Below are positions 1 to 8,494 of a DNA stretch of 46,496 nucleotides, in pieces. How positions within the stretch are numbered: position 1 is the stretch's first letter; each line of letters opens with the position of its first letter. The DNA lies in the IMG/VR virus record IMGVR_UViG_2630968543_000003; one strand, given 5' to 3'. Origin of the DNA: a virus (lineage: Duplodnaviria; Heunggongvirae; Uroviricota; Caudoviricetes). Below the pieces are notes generated by a model, which was not told the origin of the DNA, did not search any database, and was given only the letters and a program-made list of their open reading frames with translations. The position numbers were made by a program, and so were the translations under genes.

Positions 1-74
1 TCCGTAACGCCTCTGCCACGCGCGTAACGTGACAGGGATTAAGGGTAAACTAACTGATTTTACAAGTTTTTATT

Positions 75-1361
75 TTACCCCACTTTCTTATGGGGCATAC
101 ATGGGACACTTTCAGATAGTCTTTTGTTAAGGAGTTCTATCTGTTCGTGATTGTTGTCTTTCATCCATGCTCCGTAAACATTGAATACCATTTGTGCGTT
201 TGTGTGGCCCATCTGGCTTGCGATAAAACTAGGATTAGCTCCAGCGGCAAGTGACCAGCATGCATAAGTATGCCTGGATTGGTACGATTTTCTGTGTCTC
301 AGACCTGCGCGTTTTAAGATACTTGTCCATGACTCCCTGATGGAGTCAACCTTATAGTGCGGTCCGGAAAACTGCCGCTGTTTTATTACCTGAGGACTAA
401 AAACAAAAGTGCATTTATGCACAGTACTTCTCCCATATTCCCTCTGCTTTACCTCTACAGAATGTTGCTTTCCAAGCATGGTCATTTCCGCCTGACTTTT
501 AAGAGCATCAATAGCTGGTTGAACCAGATGAATTGTCCTTCCGGTGCCAGCATCGGTTTTTGGTGGAGTGAATTCGCCAAGTTTTGTATAATTCCTACGG
601 ATGGTTATAGTCCTTGCTTTAAGATCTATATCTTCCCATGCCAGCGATACCAGCTCCCCGTGACGAATACCCGTGTATACAGCGAGAATCCACAGGTTTT
701 TTGTTTGTTGATGACGGCAAGCCTCAATAAAACGAATAAATTCGTCACGGGTGAGAGGATCTGGTTTTACCTTGGACTTTTTTAAGGGTGCCAGACCGTT
801 AAATGGGTTTCCTGAGGTATAACCATTATCTGTTGCAAATTGAAACATTCCAGCTATGGTTGTCATATAGTAGTTTACTGTGACCACTGAGCGCCCTTTT
901 ATGGAAGAAATCTTTCCATTAGAAAGCTTATGGTAACCGGTCAACAAATCTCTCCTTGCGAAAAGTAAATCCTCTTTTGTTATGGATGAAACCAGTTTTT
1001 TCTCACCCAACATAGGCAACATGTTTTTAATTACTGACTGGTAACGATTAAGTGCATTCGCACAAATCTCAATTTTCTTAAGGTCCAACCATTTTTCCGA
1101 AAGTGCCTTAACGGTTATCTCTCTTTTTCCCAGACCAAAGTGTTTCAGGTTAGGGGAATTAGGGAACTGTGTGGCGTAGTCGAAACACCCCATTCTGATT
1201 GCAAAACAAACGGAAGTGCGAAGTTCACCTGCGATCTTCCGGTTTTTGGCGGTGTCAGGAACACCGAGGTTTTCTCTGACACGTTTGCCATTATAGTGAA
1301 ACCATATACGGAGTGATCCTCCATGGTTTTCAACGCCTGTCGGGTATGATACGTTACTCAT
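75..1361 (-). CDS. int: phage integrase (tyrosine site-specific recombinase)
   Basis: 428-aa ORF; catalytic-region motifs RHGEL, SRHTYACW and VYGAW consistent with the R..HxxR..Y signature; GGGAGG RBS 5 nt before the ATG at 1361; sits next to xis at the prophage end. Confidence 0.9.
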   Translation of the reverse strand: MSNVSYPTGVENHGGSLRIWFHYNGKRVRENLGVPDTAKNRKIAGELRTSVCFAIRMGCFDYATQFPNSPNLKHFGLGKREITVKALSEKWLDLKKIEICANALNRYQSVIKNMLPMLGEKKLVSSITKEDLLFARRDLLTGYHKLSNGKISSIKGRSVVTVNYYMTTIAGMFQFATDNGYTSGNPFNGLAPLKKSKVKPDPLTRDEFIRFIEACRHQQTKNLWILAVYTGIRHGELVSLAWEDIDLKARTITIRRNYTKLGEFTPPKTDAGTGRTIHLVQPAIDALKSQAEMTMLGKQHSVEVKQREYGRSTVHKCTFVFSPQVIKQRQFSGPHYKVDSIRESWTSILKRAGLRHRKSYQSRHTYACWSLAAGANPSFIASQMGHTNAQMVFNVYGAWMKDNNHEQIELLNKRLSESVPCMPHKKVG

Positions 1362-1394
1362 TAAACCTCCCAGACGTCCAGGAGCATTAACAGG

Positions 1395-1649
1395 TTAACC
1401 GGAACTTGCATTTTTGGCACCTGGTTGTTTCTGGTTTTCGATCCATCGCATAATTTCTTCGATGTTGTACAGGCATTCACTGTAATGCCCAGGATCACCT
1501 TCTACAGCGTAATGGCGGTATTCTTTTCCCTGCATCCATGACTTTCTCCTGGCCCGCTCGATGGTGCCGGGCTTTAGCCCTGTTGATGCAATAAGGACTC
1601 TCTCCGTACACCATTTGCTGGGGGTTATCTGATAGATGATTGTCTGCAT
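1395..1649 (-). CDS. xis: excisionase-like small protein
   Basis: 84-aa ORF directly upstream of int on the same strand; GAGG RBS about 7 nt before the ATG at 1649; size and position typical of lambdoid Xis; family assigned from context only. Confidence 0.55.
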   Translation of the reverse strand: MQTIIYQITPSKWCTERVLIASTGLKPGTIERARRKSWMQGKEYRHYAVEGDPGHYSECLYNIEEIMRWIENQKQPGAKNASSG

Positions 1650-1667
1650 GCCAACCTCATAAAACTT

Positions 1668-1802
1668 TCATCCACGGCAGTGGCACCACATTTCAAACAT
1701 TCGCTTCACAACTTCACGACAGTAGAAACCGTCAACATCTCGCGTCAGATCATAGCGATTGCCGTAACGCTGGTGGACCCATCGTTCAAATGCTTTATTC
1801 AT
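1668..1802 (-). CDS. small hypothetical protein (44 aa, MNKAFERWVHQRYGNRYDL...)
   Basis: Below the ORF-track size cutoff; ATG at 1802 with AAGGAAG RBS 7 nt upstream; follows the previous ORF within 4 nt. Confidence 0.3.
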   Translation of the reverse strand: MNKAFERWVHQRYGNRYDLTRDVDGFYCREVVKRMFEMWCHCRG

Positions 1803-1805
1803 TCT

Positions 1806-2048
1806 TTACTTCCTTTTCATGGCTCGTAATTTTTTCAGATGAGCTTCCTGCTCTGTTTCTGCCAGAATTTTGCGGTACTCCTGGTGGTCAATATGTTCGA
1901 ACAGGCTGTTGAACTCAGTGATGCGTACCCGCCCGGAGCGCCCGTCCATCCTCCGAAAGAATACCGAGTGAACAGTACTGCGAGTAATTTTTACCGGGTA
2001 GCCAGCACTATCGGTGTATATCTGCCCGCGTTGAATCAAAGCGAACAT
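1806..2048 (-). CDS. hypothetical early protein (start uncertain; track ORF runs to 2084 from a TTG)
   Basis: ORF-track frame 1806..2084; first ATG at 2048; no recognised family. Confidence 0.3.
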   Translation of the reverse strand: MFALIQRGQIYTDSAGYPVKITRSTVHSVFFRRMDGRSGRVRITEFNSLFEHIDHQEYRKILAETEQEAHLKKLRAMKRK

Positions 2049-2132
2049 GTGGTTATCCCCATCGACAAATCGAGAACACAACAAACGCTGCTGCGAATAC
2101 CACCCCCAGAGTTACGATTGCATCACGCCAGC

Positions 2133-2510
2133 TCATTGATTCACCTCCTGCGGCGGTTCTGGCAGCGGCATCCAGTGGGTTACCTCCTTGAGATACAGGT
2201 CTTCGCCACCACCGTCATCCCAAGTGGGCTTGCCATCATTAAACCAGTCGCCATATACGCCGACCTGAGTGTTGGGGATGCTTGGTGGGTAGTTGTTTTT
2301 AAAGTCAGCAGCTAACACATAGCATTGTCGCTCTCCCATTTCTGGCATTCGCTCACTACAGCTTATCCAACTATCCGGAGTTACCGGAGAGTTGCCAGCC
2401 TCATACGCCACACGCATCCAGTGCATAAGCGTTTCAGTGCTCACACAGCCGCAATCAACATCAATTTTGCCGTGCTGCTGTTCCAGCCATTGCTCAAGCG
2501 TAGTGCTCAT
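2133..2510 (-). CDS. DUF551-like phage protein
   Basis: 125 aa; C-terminal W..C.ERMPE...W...PLP pattern resembles DUF551 proteins of lambdoid early regions; ATG at 2510 overlaps the upstream stop (ATGA). Confidence 0.55.
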   Translation of the reverse strand: MSTTLEQWLEQQHGKIDVDCGCVSTETLMHWMRVAYEAGNSPVTPDSWISCSERMPEMGERQCYVLAADFKNNYPPSIPNTQVGVYGDWFNDGKPTWDDGGGEDLYLKEVTHWMPLPEPPQEVNQ

Positions 2511-2740
2511 TTTTCATCCCCCCGATGATGCCATCTGCATCGCATCTCATAACACCCCCACTCAACACGAAAACCACATAGCCTGTGCAGATCCACCCAC
2601 TTCTGCGCCATCGCTGGCGACGTGTAAATCACAGTGAATGCGTTATCTTCGTTGTCGATTTGCGTAAACGTCACTTTGTACAACAACCCACCGTCGACAC
2701 ATGCTGTGTTCAACGATTTATTGCTAATACCCTCAATCAT
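2507..2740 (-). CDS. hypothetical early protein (77 aa)
   Basis: ORF translationally coupled to its neighbours by ATGA overlaps at both ends. Confidence 0.4.
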   Translation of the reverse strand: MIEGISNKSLNTACVDGGLLYKVTFTQIDNEDNAFTVIYTSPAMAQKWVDLHRLCGFRVEWGCYEMRCRWHHRGDEK

Positions 2741-3102
2741 TCGTACTCAACCCCCGCTGTTTTGAATTTGATCCCCGCTGCCTGCAATGCGTGCTCGACG
2801 TCGAAGCGGTCCAGCCATCCACCAAAGTGGTGCGGCATCATTACCACCCGCTCACCGCTATTTATTGGGTGGCCCATACGGGGTTCGTAGCCGTCCGGTA
2901 ACTCGACTTCCCTCGCTTCCAGTTCTGCAATTCGGCACATAGCATCAATATTTGTGTCCTCCAGGCGCTTAATTTCATCCAGCAGCGCCAGTACCACCGA
3001 CGGTGTGACCTTCATCCGAAACGCCTGCAATTTTTGAGGCGTTGCCACTGTTTCAATTGCTACTGCTGCCTCACGCAGTGCCTGATAATCAATCCCGCTC
3101 AC
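2737..3102 (-). CDS. hypothetical early protein (121 aa, GTG start)
   Basis: ORF in the coupled leftward operon; only a GTG start is available; no confident family. Confidence 0.4.
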   Translation of the reverse strand: MSGIDYQALREAAVAIETVATPQKLQAFRMKVTPSVVLALLDEIKRLEDTNIDAMCRIAELEAREVELPDGYEPRMGHPINSGERVVMMPHHFGGWLDRFDVEHALQAAGIKFKTAGVEYE

Positions 3103-3322
3103 GCCCGACCTCTCCCTGTGCTGTTTTATATGCCCGCAACATATCGCGGGTTTTACCGGATAAAACCGACTTCATGAAAAACACACCACTGTGAGTTGCA
3201 ATAACGTCCGGCGTGCAAAGCAATGCAGCATCCACCACCCGGTTATGTTTACGAAATTCGAACACGGTGCAGGTGATCACGATGTTCGCTACGGCTCCGT
3301 AGTCCTGGTATTCGATTTTCAT
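3089..3322 (-). CDS. hypothetical early protein (77 aa)
   Basis: ATG at 3322 overlaps the upstream stop (ATGA). Confidence 0.35.
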   Translation of the reverse strand: MKIEYQDYGAVANIVITCTVFEFRKHNRVVDAALLCTPDVIATHSGVFFMKSVLSGKTRDMLRAYKTAQGEVGRERD

Positions 3323-3888
3323 TCCGGATGCTCCTGAGCCACGTTGAAATCGCCATGATCACGACAAGGCATCACAACAAATTCAGGATTGCCATACATT
3401 GAGTTGATGATGGAATCAAACTGAATTCTGACCGCTTGCCCGTCACCGGAGGGACGTAACTGGACGGGAATAAATTTACGCTCACGACCAAACATCTTCT
3501 CTGGATAACTCAGGTAACCCGCCTGGATCACCGGGTGTGTACAGAGGTCAAATTTTTTCGGAATGATGCGTTCCAAATCCGGAAAACAACCGTCCACCAA
3601 TTTAATGCCGGTAATGGACAGTCGGCGCTGAAACTGGTCGCGATGAACAGCGATCGGCTCTTTACTAAAAATCAGCTCTGTCGTTTCGGCTTTGGCCGGG
3701 ACGCCACCTTCGAACTGGACAATGATGTTTTTCTTCGTCCGGATGCCGTGAGTCATGCGCAGTGCCACGGAACCATTGGTTGCCTCAATATGTTTTGGCG
3801 TGATGTGAAGACCGTTCAGGTAATAACGAACGTCGTTTTTAGCAGCGCACACCAGAGCGGCGCGAATAAGTTTTGACTGGATGATCAT
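3319..3888 (-). CDS. DnaN-like protein (beta sliding clamp domain II-III homolog, 189 aa)
   Basis: Segments NDVRYYLNG, KLVDGCFPD..IPK and C-terminal VVMPCR align by eye with E. coli DnaN motifs QDVRYYLNG, KLVDGRFPDYRRVLPK and YVVMPMR; GGAGG RBS; ATG at 3888. Confidence 0.55.
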   Translation of the reverse strand: MIIQSKLIRAALVCAAKNDVRYYLNGLHITPKHIEATNGSVALRMTHGIRTKKNIIVQFEGGVPAKAETTELIFSKEPIAVHRDQFQRRLSITGIKLVDGCFPDLERIIPKKFDLCTHPVIQAGYLSYPEKMFGRERKFIPVQLRPSGDGQAVRIQFDSIINSMYGNPEFVVMPCRDHGDFNVAQEHPE

Positions 3889-4634
3889 GCTTTATCCTCC
3901 CATCCGATTACCTGGAAAAGCCCCATCTTCGGGTGATACCAGCGTGTGCCGCGTGGTTCAGCCTCTGACATCATTTGGTGGAATGCCGCCATAAATGTCT
4001 CAAGCTCGACGATAGCCCTGCGAGACAACAGACCGTCCGGAGTCATAAATTCGTGCGTGTCGGTAGGGATGTGGTAGGCGTTGACCAGATTCCGGCACTT
4101 GGCGTCACTCATTCCGCTTTTGGCTACCACCTGGCGGTAACCGACATATCCGGTGCGCATTGTGCCGCGTTTGATGTTCTCCACAGCTTTGGTGACCGTT
4201 TCGATCTTCTCTTCAACATGACTCAGGCGCTTCTGCTGGCGAACGGCATCGGCGGCCATTGCAGCGATCATCTCCATTTCCGTCAGCGGCGCGTGAGTTC
4301 GGAAATAGCTGTTAACCAGTTCGCGCTGAACCTGCCATGCAAGAGTATCGTTAAAAGGCTTCGTCAACATCAGGTAACCAGACTCGAAAAGAATGATCCC
4401 TTTGGCAGTTCGCGCGGCAAAGGCATCAGAAAGTGACTCCGTACGTATTACGTCCGCAGTCATTTCAAGAAAATCCACCCCTTCGATAAAGTGAGAACGG
4501 TTGCGGTTAAACGCAGCACGGGCGGTACCTTCCGGGCGCTGGTGGACGTCATCAATTATTGCAAATGTCACAACACGCTGACCGCGATATTCGATTACCG
4601 GAAACTGTTTGTTGTTGATGGTTACAATATTCAT
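3885..4634 (-). CDS. antirepressor-like protein (ORF6N / Bro-N type N-terminal domain)
   Basis: Chosen start is the internal ATG at 4634 (MNIVTINNKQFPV...) with GGAG RBS 6 nt upstream; track ORF extends to 4709; N-terminal region resembles phage antirepressor DNA-binding domains. Confidence 0.5.
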   Translation of the reverse strand: MNIVTINNKQFPVIEYRGQRVVTFAIIDDVHQRPEGTARAAFNRNRSHFIEGVDFLEMTADVIRTESLSDAFAARTAKGIILFESGYLMLTKPFNDTLAWQVQRELVNSYFRTHAPLTEMEMIAAMAADAVRQQKRLSHVEEKIETVTKAVENIKRGTMRTGYVGYRQVVAKSGMSDAKCRNLVNAYHIPTDTHEFMTPDGLLSRRAIVELETFMAAFHQMMSEAEPRGTRWYHPKMGLFQVIGWEDKA

Positions 4635-4677
4635 TTTTATCTCCAGACAGCCCGACGTGTAATACCGGGCATATGTA

Positions 4678-5505
4678 TTACTTAACCTGAATAAATGGTG
4701 TGTTGGCACCGCTGGTCATGTATTGCGGCAGTGTACCGTTCCACTTGTTGATGGCTTCCAGCTCCATAACACCGGGGTTCTGGCGCAGAGCTTCACCGCG
4801 TAAACGAATAGCATCGGCTTCGGCCTGGGCTTTTGTGCGAATCGCATCTGCCTGTCCGGCAGCTTCCGCGCGCAACATGTTGGCTTCCGCTTCGCGCTGT
4901 TTTACTTCCTGCTCGCGTTGCAGGGTTTTCTGGTTCGCCGTGACTTTGGCATTAATGCTGTCGATAACAGTAGGCGGGTACTCCGGCTTACCCACATATG
5001 AGAGGCTCATTACCTGAATACCGATGGGCGTCATTTCTTCCTGAATGTCTTTAAGAGCTGCATCCAGCAGCTCAGACTTGCCGCCGTCGATAAATTTGTC
5101 GGTGGTCATTTTGCTGGCCAGTCGGTTGAGTGCGTCGGCTATCTTCTGGCGCAGGTCGGTGTCGGTAATGTCGTCCACGCCTTTGCGGTAGGTCTGAAAG
5201 ACTGTGGTAACTTTGGATGGATCAACTTTGTAGGCCACGCCGATGTGATAGCCGATGGTTGTACCGTCACTCATCTGGAAACTGAATGGATCATCGTAGG
5301 TCTTCATCTGCTTAAAGGTCGGGAAGATGTAAACCTCAGTGTTCCATCCCGTCCAGTAGCGCCCAACACCGACCACTTCACCGACGCCTTTATCGTCGCC
5401 CAGTTTGTTTACTTTGATGCCCACATTACCAGGCTCAACGCGATCGCAACCGACAAGGCCAATGGTCGGCAGAACAAGGGCTAAAGCAAAAAGTAATTTT
5501 TTCAT
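4678..5505 (-). CDS. SPFH/band-7 (prohibitin-like) domain lipoprotein
   Basis: 275 aa; signal peptide with lipobox LVGC; SPFH-like core followed by an Ala/Glu/Arg-rich coiled-coil tail; AAGGA RBS; ATG at 5505. Confidence 0.75.
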   Translation of the reverse strand: MKKLLFALALVLPTIGLVGCDRVEPGNVGIKVNKLGDDKGVGEVVGVGRYWTGWNTEVYIFPTFKQMKTYDDPFSFQMSDGTTIGYHIGVAYKVDPSKVTTVFQTYRKGVDDITDTDLRQKIADALNRLASKMTTDKFIDGGKSELLDAALKDIQEEMTPIGIQVMSLSYVGKPEYPPTVIDSINAKVTANQKTLQREQEVKQREAEANMLRAEAAGQADAIRTKAQAEADAIRLRGEALRQNPGVMELEAINKWNGTLPQYMTSGANTPFIQVK

Positions 5506-5690
5506 CTTTTATCCTTAGAAAAAGAAAGACCCTTATAAATGGCATAAATGCAGGGCGGGGTCAGACACGCCAGAGCAAAGCCAGAAATCACTGCTACCGT
5601 ATCCTTCATTGATATGAGGGCCGGAACGATTAATCCGTAAATACATGTGATAATTGCCAGTGATATAACTATTCTGAAATAAATGTTCAT
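5502..5690 (-). CDS. small hydrophobic membrane protein (62 aa), partner of the SPFH lipoprotein
   Basis: Two predicted transmembrane segments; AGGAGG RBS; its stop overlaps the SPFH start (ATGA). Confidence 0.5.
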   Translation of the reverse strand: MNIYFRIVISLAIITCIYGLIVPALISMKDTVAVISGFALACLTPPCIYAIYKGLSFSKDKR

Positions 5691-5750
5691 GGTCCTCCTG
5701 ATGTATTCGGCTTGCCTTATTTAATTGCGTCATGGTTAATTTCGTTTACG

Positions 5751-6143
5751 TCAGAATGGTTTTGTTGCCATCAGTTCGTAATATCCGGCGCTCCATGTGT
5801 CATATTTTCTGAACCATTTTTCTGTATACTGTTTCCTGGCGATGAGTCTGCGCAGTCGTCTGATTGTTCGCTGGTGTGCGCGGGTATACTCTGTGGTTGA
5901 TTCTCCACGTTTCCATATCTCATTCCTGTTGAAGATAAAACGCTTGTCAGGATAGCGTTGTCGGAATCCTGAACGTTCAAAAGCGCGGGTGGTCATAAAG
6001 AAGGCCAGGTAACGAATTGCCGTTTTTCGAGTGAGGCATTTTTTTGTTCTTCCGTGGCGTGTTACAAAAAATAACGGGCCGACGGGTGTATCATGTTTCT
6101 GTAATGCCTGGTCAATGGCGCTGGCGGTGCGGTTGTCGATCAT
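5751..6143 (-). CDS. hypothetical basic protein (130 aa)
   Basis: ORF with ATG at 6143 overlapping the upstream stop; Arg/Lys-rich; no family recognised. Confidence 0.45.
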   Translation of the reverse strand: MIDNRTASAIDQALQKHDTPVGPLFFVTRHGRTKKCLTRKTAIRYLAFFMTTRAFERSGFRQRYPDKRFIFNRNEIWKRGESTTEYTRAHQRTIRRLRRLIARKQYTEKWFRKYDTWSAGYYELMATKPF

Positions 6144-6358
6144 TTCTTTATTTCTCCCGAATAACGTTCATGACTCATTACTTCCCAGTTCCGGCCGTCG
6201 TCTTTCGATAACAGCCGCCAGCGACGGTTAACCTTCAGACTGAGATATCCGGTGCGCTGTATCCGATGCGGAAATATCCGTCGGCATCGGTACAACAACA
6301 GGACCTGCAATGCCTGCCGGTGGATCCGCTCAGGAATGCGTGTTGCTGTTAATGCCAC
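6140..6358 (-). CDS. hypothetical protein (72 aa, GTG start)
   Basis: AGGAGG RBS 4 nt before the GTG at 6358; coupled to the downstream gene. Confidence 0.4.
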   Translation of the reverse strand: MALTATRIPERIHRQALQVLLLYRCRRIFPHRIQRTGYLSLKVNRRWRLLSKDDGRNWEVMSHERYSGEIKK

Positions 6359-6545
6359 CGGTTTCCTCCTGAGCAGGTGCTGTTATCTGATACCCCGCTC
6401 TTTCTGCCAGCCGTATGAATGTATCCATGCTGGCAATCAGCTCGCCATCGCGGACTTTGCAGACACCTGTGACTTGGCCATTTTCAATTGTCATAACGAT
6501 CTGCACTTTTTCGTGCACAACAGATACAGGGGATAAATTAGCCAT
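6330..6545 (-). CDS. hypothetical protein (71 aa)
   Basis: ATG at 6545 overlaps the upstream stop (TGATG). Confidence 0.4.
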   Translation of the reverse strand: MANLSPVSVVHEKVQIVMTIENGQVTGVCKVRDGELIASMDTFIRLAERAGYQITAPAQEETGGINSNTHS

Positions 6546-6904
6546 CAGTTAATTCCTCCGCTGATATATTTTTCTTTCGCGTAATCAATAACCTCTTGAA
6601 AAAGGTTGTCTATAATTAACTTTCCGGTTTCAGTCAGGTATTCAGTATGTTGATTAATCCCGATAGCATTCTGGTATGCAGTGTGGATTTCGGTTTCACC
6701 CTCCACCCGGCCCAATTCACCACGGGTAATACCTTCGAAGCGTAACAGCAACTGGTTTATAAACTGTTCAGTTATTTCTATGGTCGTAATGTTCCCATCC
6801 GGAAGGTCAACAATAAGCAGATTACCACCTGTTTTACGTTTTATTCGATGGAGTGCCGCAACAGCTATACGGCGACGATATGTATTAATGGGTTCATGTG
6901 TCAT
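6545..6904 (-). CDS. hypothetical protein (119 aa)
   Basis: ORF with ATG at 6904; no family recognised. Confidence 0.45.
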   Translation of the reverse strand: MTHEPINTYRRRIAVAALHRIKRKTGGNLLIVDLPDGNITTIEITEQFINQLLLRFEGITRGELGRVEGETEIHTAYQNAIGINQHTEYLTETGKLIIDNLFQEVIDYAKEKYISGGIN

Positions 6905-6907
6905 TTG

Positions 6908-7006
6908 TTATTTCCCGTATGCTTTTCTGAGAAACAGTATTGCAACTGACCAGTATCCTGCATTAGCCATTAATAATGCGGTTTTATAAGCACTTCTGTT
7001 TTTCAT
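6908..7006 (-). CDS. possible small protein (32 aa, MKNRSAYKTALLMANAGYWSVAILFLRKAYGK)
   Basis: Not in the ORF track; its TAA stop lies 3 nt before the next gene's ATG; GGTGGTGA sequence just upstream of its ATG. Confidence 0.25.
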   Translation of the reverse strand: MKNRSAYKTALLMANAGYWSVAILFLRKAYGK

Positions 7007-7088
7007 GCATCACCACCATTTTCAGGTTGTGGAAATTCCCGACCAGAGGCCGTTATGTTTTTATGGGTGATTGTTTATTGAGTTTTCT

Positions 7089-7280
7089 TTATTCGTTGCG
7101 CAGTGTGTCGATATACGCGTAAGCCATTTCACAGGTTTTATTCATGGAGCGAATGAGGCAACATAAATAATCGTCTGTCTCTCCTGAATCAGGCGAATTC
7201 TTAAATATAAATTCAAGCATGGATGTATTCTCTTTTATTTGTGCTGCCACTTCCTCAAGAATATTTAATGGAGTTATCAT
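7089..7280 (-). CDS. hypothetical small acidic protein (63 aa)
   Basis: AAGGAG RBS; ATG at 7280 overlaps the upstream stop. Confidence 0.4.
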   Translation of the reverse strand: MITPLNILEEVAAQIKENTSMLEFIFKNSPDSGETDDYLCCLIRSMNKTCEMAYAYIDTLRNE

Positions 7281-7468
7281 GTTCTTTGCTCCTTAAATGC
7301 ATCGCATGCGCTTCTGGCGTATTGTTGTGCCAGTAAAAAGATATCATCCGAAAGTTCATCACATTCTTCATCACCGGAAGCCGAAATGATTAACCCCGCT
7401 TCAAGCAGTACGGCAATGTGATGAAAAGCTGTTTCCGGTTCGTTGGTGAGGCCTTTGAACATTTTCAT
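7277..7468 (-). CDS. hypothetical small protein (63 aa, MKMFKGL...)
   Basis: Internal ATG at 7468 with AGGAGG RBS; overlaps the stop of the upstream HTH gene. Confidence 0.4.
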   Translation of the reverse strand: MKMFKGLTNEPETAFHHIAVLLEAGLIISASGDEECDELSDDIFLLAQQYARSACDAFKEQRT

Positions 7469-7469
7469 C

Positions 7470-7913
7470 TTATGCTTCCTCCTGATTTTGTTTATAAGCA
7501 CCAGTCAGTAACCACATTGGATCGCAGCCAAGAAGATTTGCCAATGGGATAATTTTGTCGCAAGTAGGAATTGCTGAGTCATTTTCCCATAACGAAACAG
7601 CCTGAACAGTCACTCCAGCACCGCTGGCAATATGATGTTGTTGAAGACTTGCTGATTTACGCGCTTGGAGAATACGTTGACCGAAAGATAATGCTGGGGA
7701 ATTACTAGCGCTAACTTCTTTGGTAAATAAATCAACATTAGCGCCGGGAGCGCTACTATCTGTAAAGGAATTCATAGTTGAAGAGATGATGTCTTGTGCA
7801 ACATCTAAGAGGTTGATGACGTCATGGTTTGAAGCGGTACCGCCTAATAGTGCCGCTTGAGCACAAATCAACAGAGAGTTTACGGAATAAGAGTCATGTT
7901 TATCATTTAACAT
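7470..7913 (-). CDS. HTH (XRE-family) transcriptional regulator with the HTH at the C-terminus
   Basis: C-terminal FGQRILQARKSASLQQHHIASGAGVTVQAVSLWENDSAIP matches the Cro/C1-type helix-turn-helix pattern; ATG at 7913 with GAGGTGA RBS 5 nt upstream. Confidence 0.55.
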   Translation of the reverse strand: MLNDKHDSYSVNSLLICAQAALLGGTASNHDVINLLDVAQDIISSTMNSFTDSSAPGANVDLFTKEVSASNSPALSFGQRILQARKSASLQQHHIASGAGVTVQAVSLWENDSAIPTCDKIIPLANLLGCDPMWLLTGAYKQNQEEA

Positions 7914-7914
7914 T

Positions 7915-7953
7915 ACATTCACCTCACTTGTTTTTACTTGCTGAGGTGAATGT
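7915..7953 (-). promoter_or_regulatory. perfect 12-bp inverted repeat (ACATTCACCTCA, 15-nt spacer, TGAGGTGAATGT) overlapping the RBS of the HTH gene
   Basis: Arms at 7915-7926 and 7942-7953 are exact reverse complements; on the minus-strand mRNA the downstream arm contains the GAGGTGA Shine-Dalgarno of the ATG at 7913. Confidence 0.45.
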
Positions 7954-8025
7954 AGCGCTATGCGTTATTCTTGACAATAGCAAAATGCTAATATTTGCTG
8001 TTTTTTTTATAGTGCGTTGTATTTA

Positions 8026-8481
8026 TTATTCATTTTCGTCTTTGTCGATCGGCATTCTTGATGCTTTAACAGCCATTAGCTCATCAAGTAGTTTGTCAAA
8101 ATTACGTTTCTTTTCAGATAACTCACTGATTATCCTGTCTTTTTCGCTTTCAGGCATTTGTCTGAATAACTCAATAAGTCGAGTCTCTCTTTTAGTTAGT
8201 TGCTGTTCATCAATAGTGGTCTCACCAGTCTTTTCCCTCATTTTAGCTAGATGCCATGGGGAATCCAGCAATGAGTGGGGGATGTCAAACCATCCTTCTG
8301 ATAGGCTCAGTCGCCCCTCGAGTTTTCTAGCGAGAGCAGTTCCCATATTTCTGCGCTTAGTCATTATTTGGCTTATAAGTGAGGGTGATATCTCACATTT
8401 TAACGCCAGATCTGTCTGGGTTAAGCCGCTGCGTTGGATTACCGTCTGTAGATTTTTTAAGCGAATATCTTTGATTTCCAT
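8026..8481 (-). CDS. prophage repressor, RacR/CI-like, HTH only (no S24 peptidase domain)
   Basis: N-terminal HTH (LTQTDLALKCEISPSLISQIMTKRR); start taken as the only in-frame ATG at 8481 (track ORF extends to a TTG at 8568); divergent from a Cro-like gene across an operator-rich gap. Confidence 0.6.
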   Translation of the reverse strand: MEIKDIRLKNLQTVIQRSGLTQTDLALKCEISPSLISQIMTKRRNMGTALARKLEGRLSLSEGWFDIPHSLLDSPWHLAKMREKTGETTIDEQQLTKRETRLIELFRQMPESEKDRIISELSEKKRNFDKLLDELMAVKASRMPIDKDENE

Positions 8482-8494
8482 GCTTGTCTCATTG

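Noticed and set aside
1-74. attL core at the left edge
   Set aside because: No matching repeat could be identified in the window, and the right prophage end is probably outside it.
357-785. 142-aa plus-strand ORF inside the integrase
   Set aside because: Antisense to int, which has clear catalytic motifs and an RBS.
4635-4677. Possible LexA box (CTGT-N8-ACAG) upstream of the antirepressor-like gene
   Set aside because: Only a CTGT half is present, with no ACAG partner at the right spacing; SOS control of the antirepressor is not supported from sequence.
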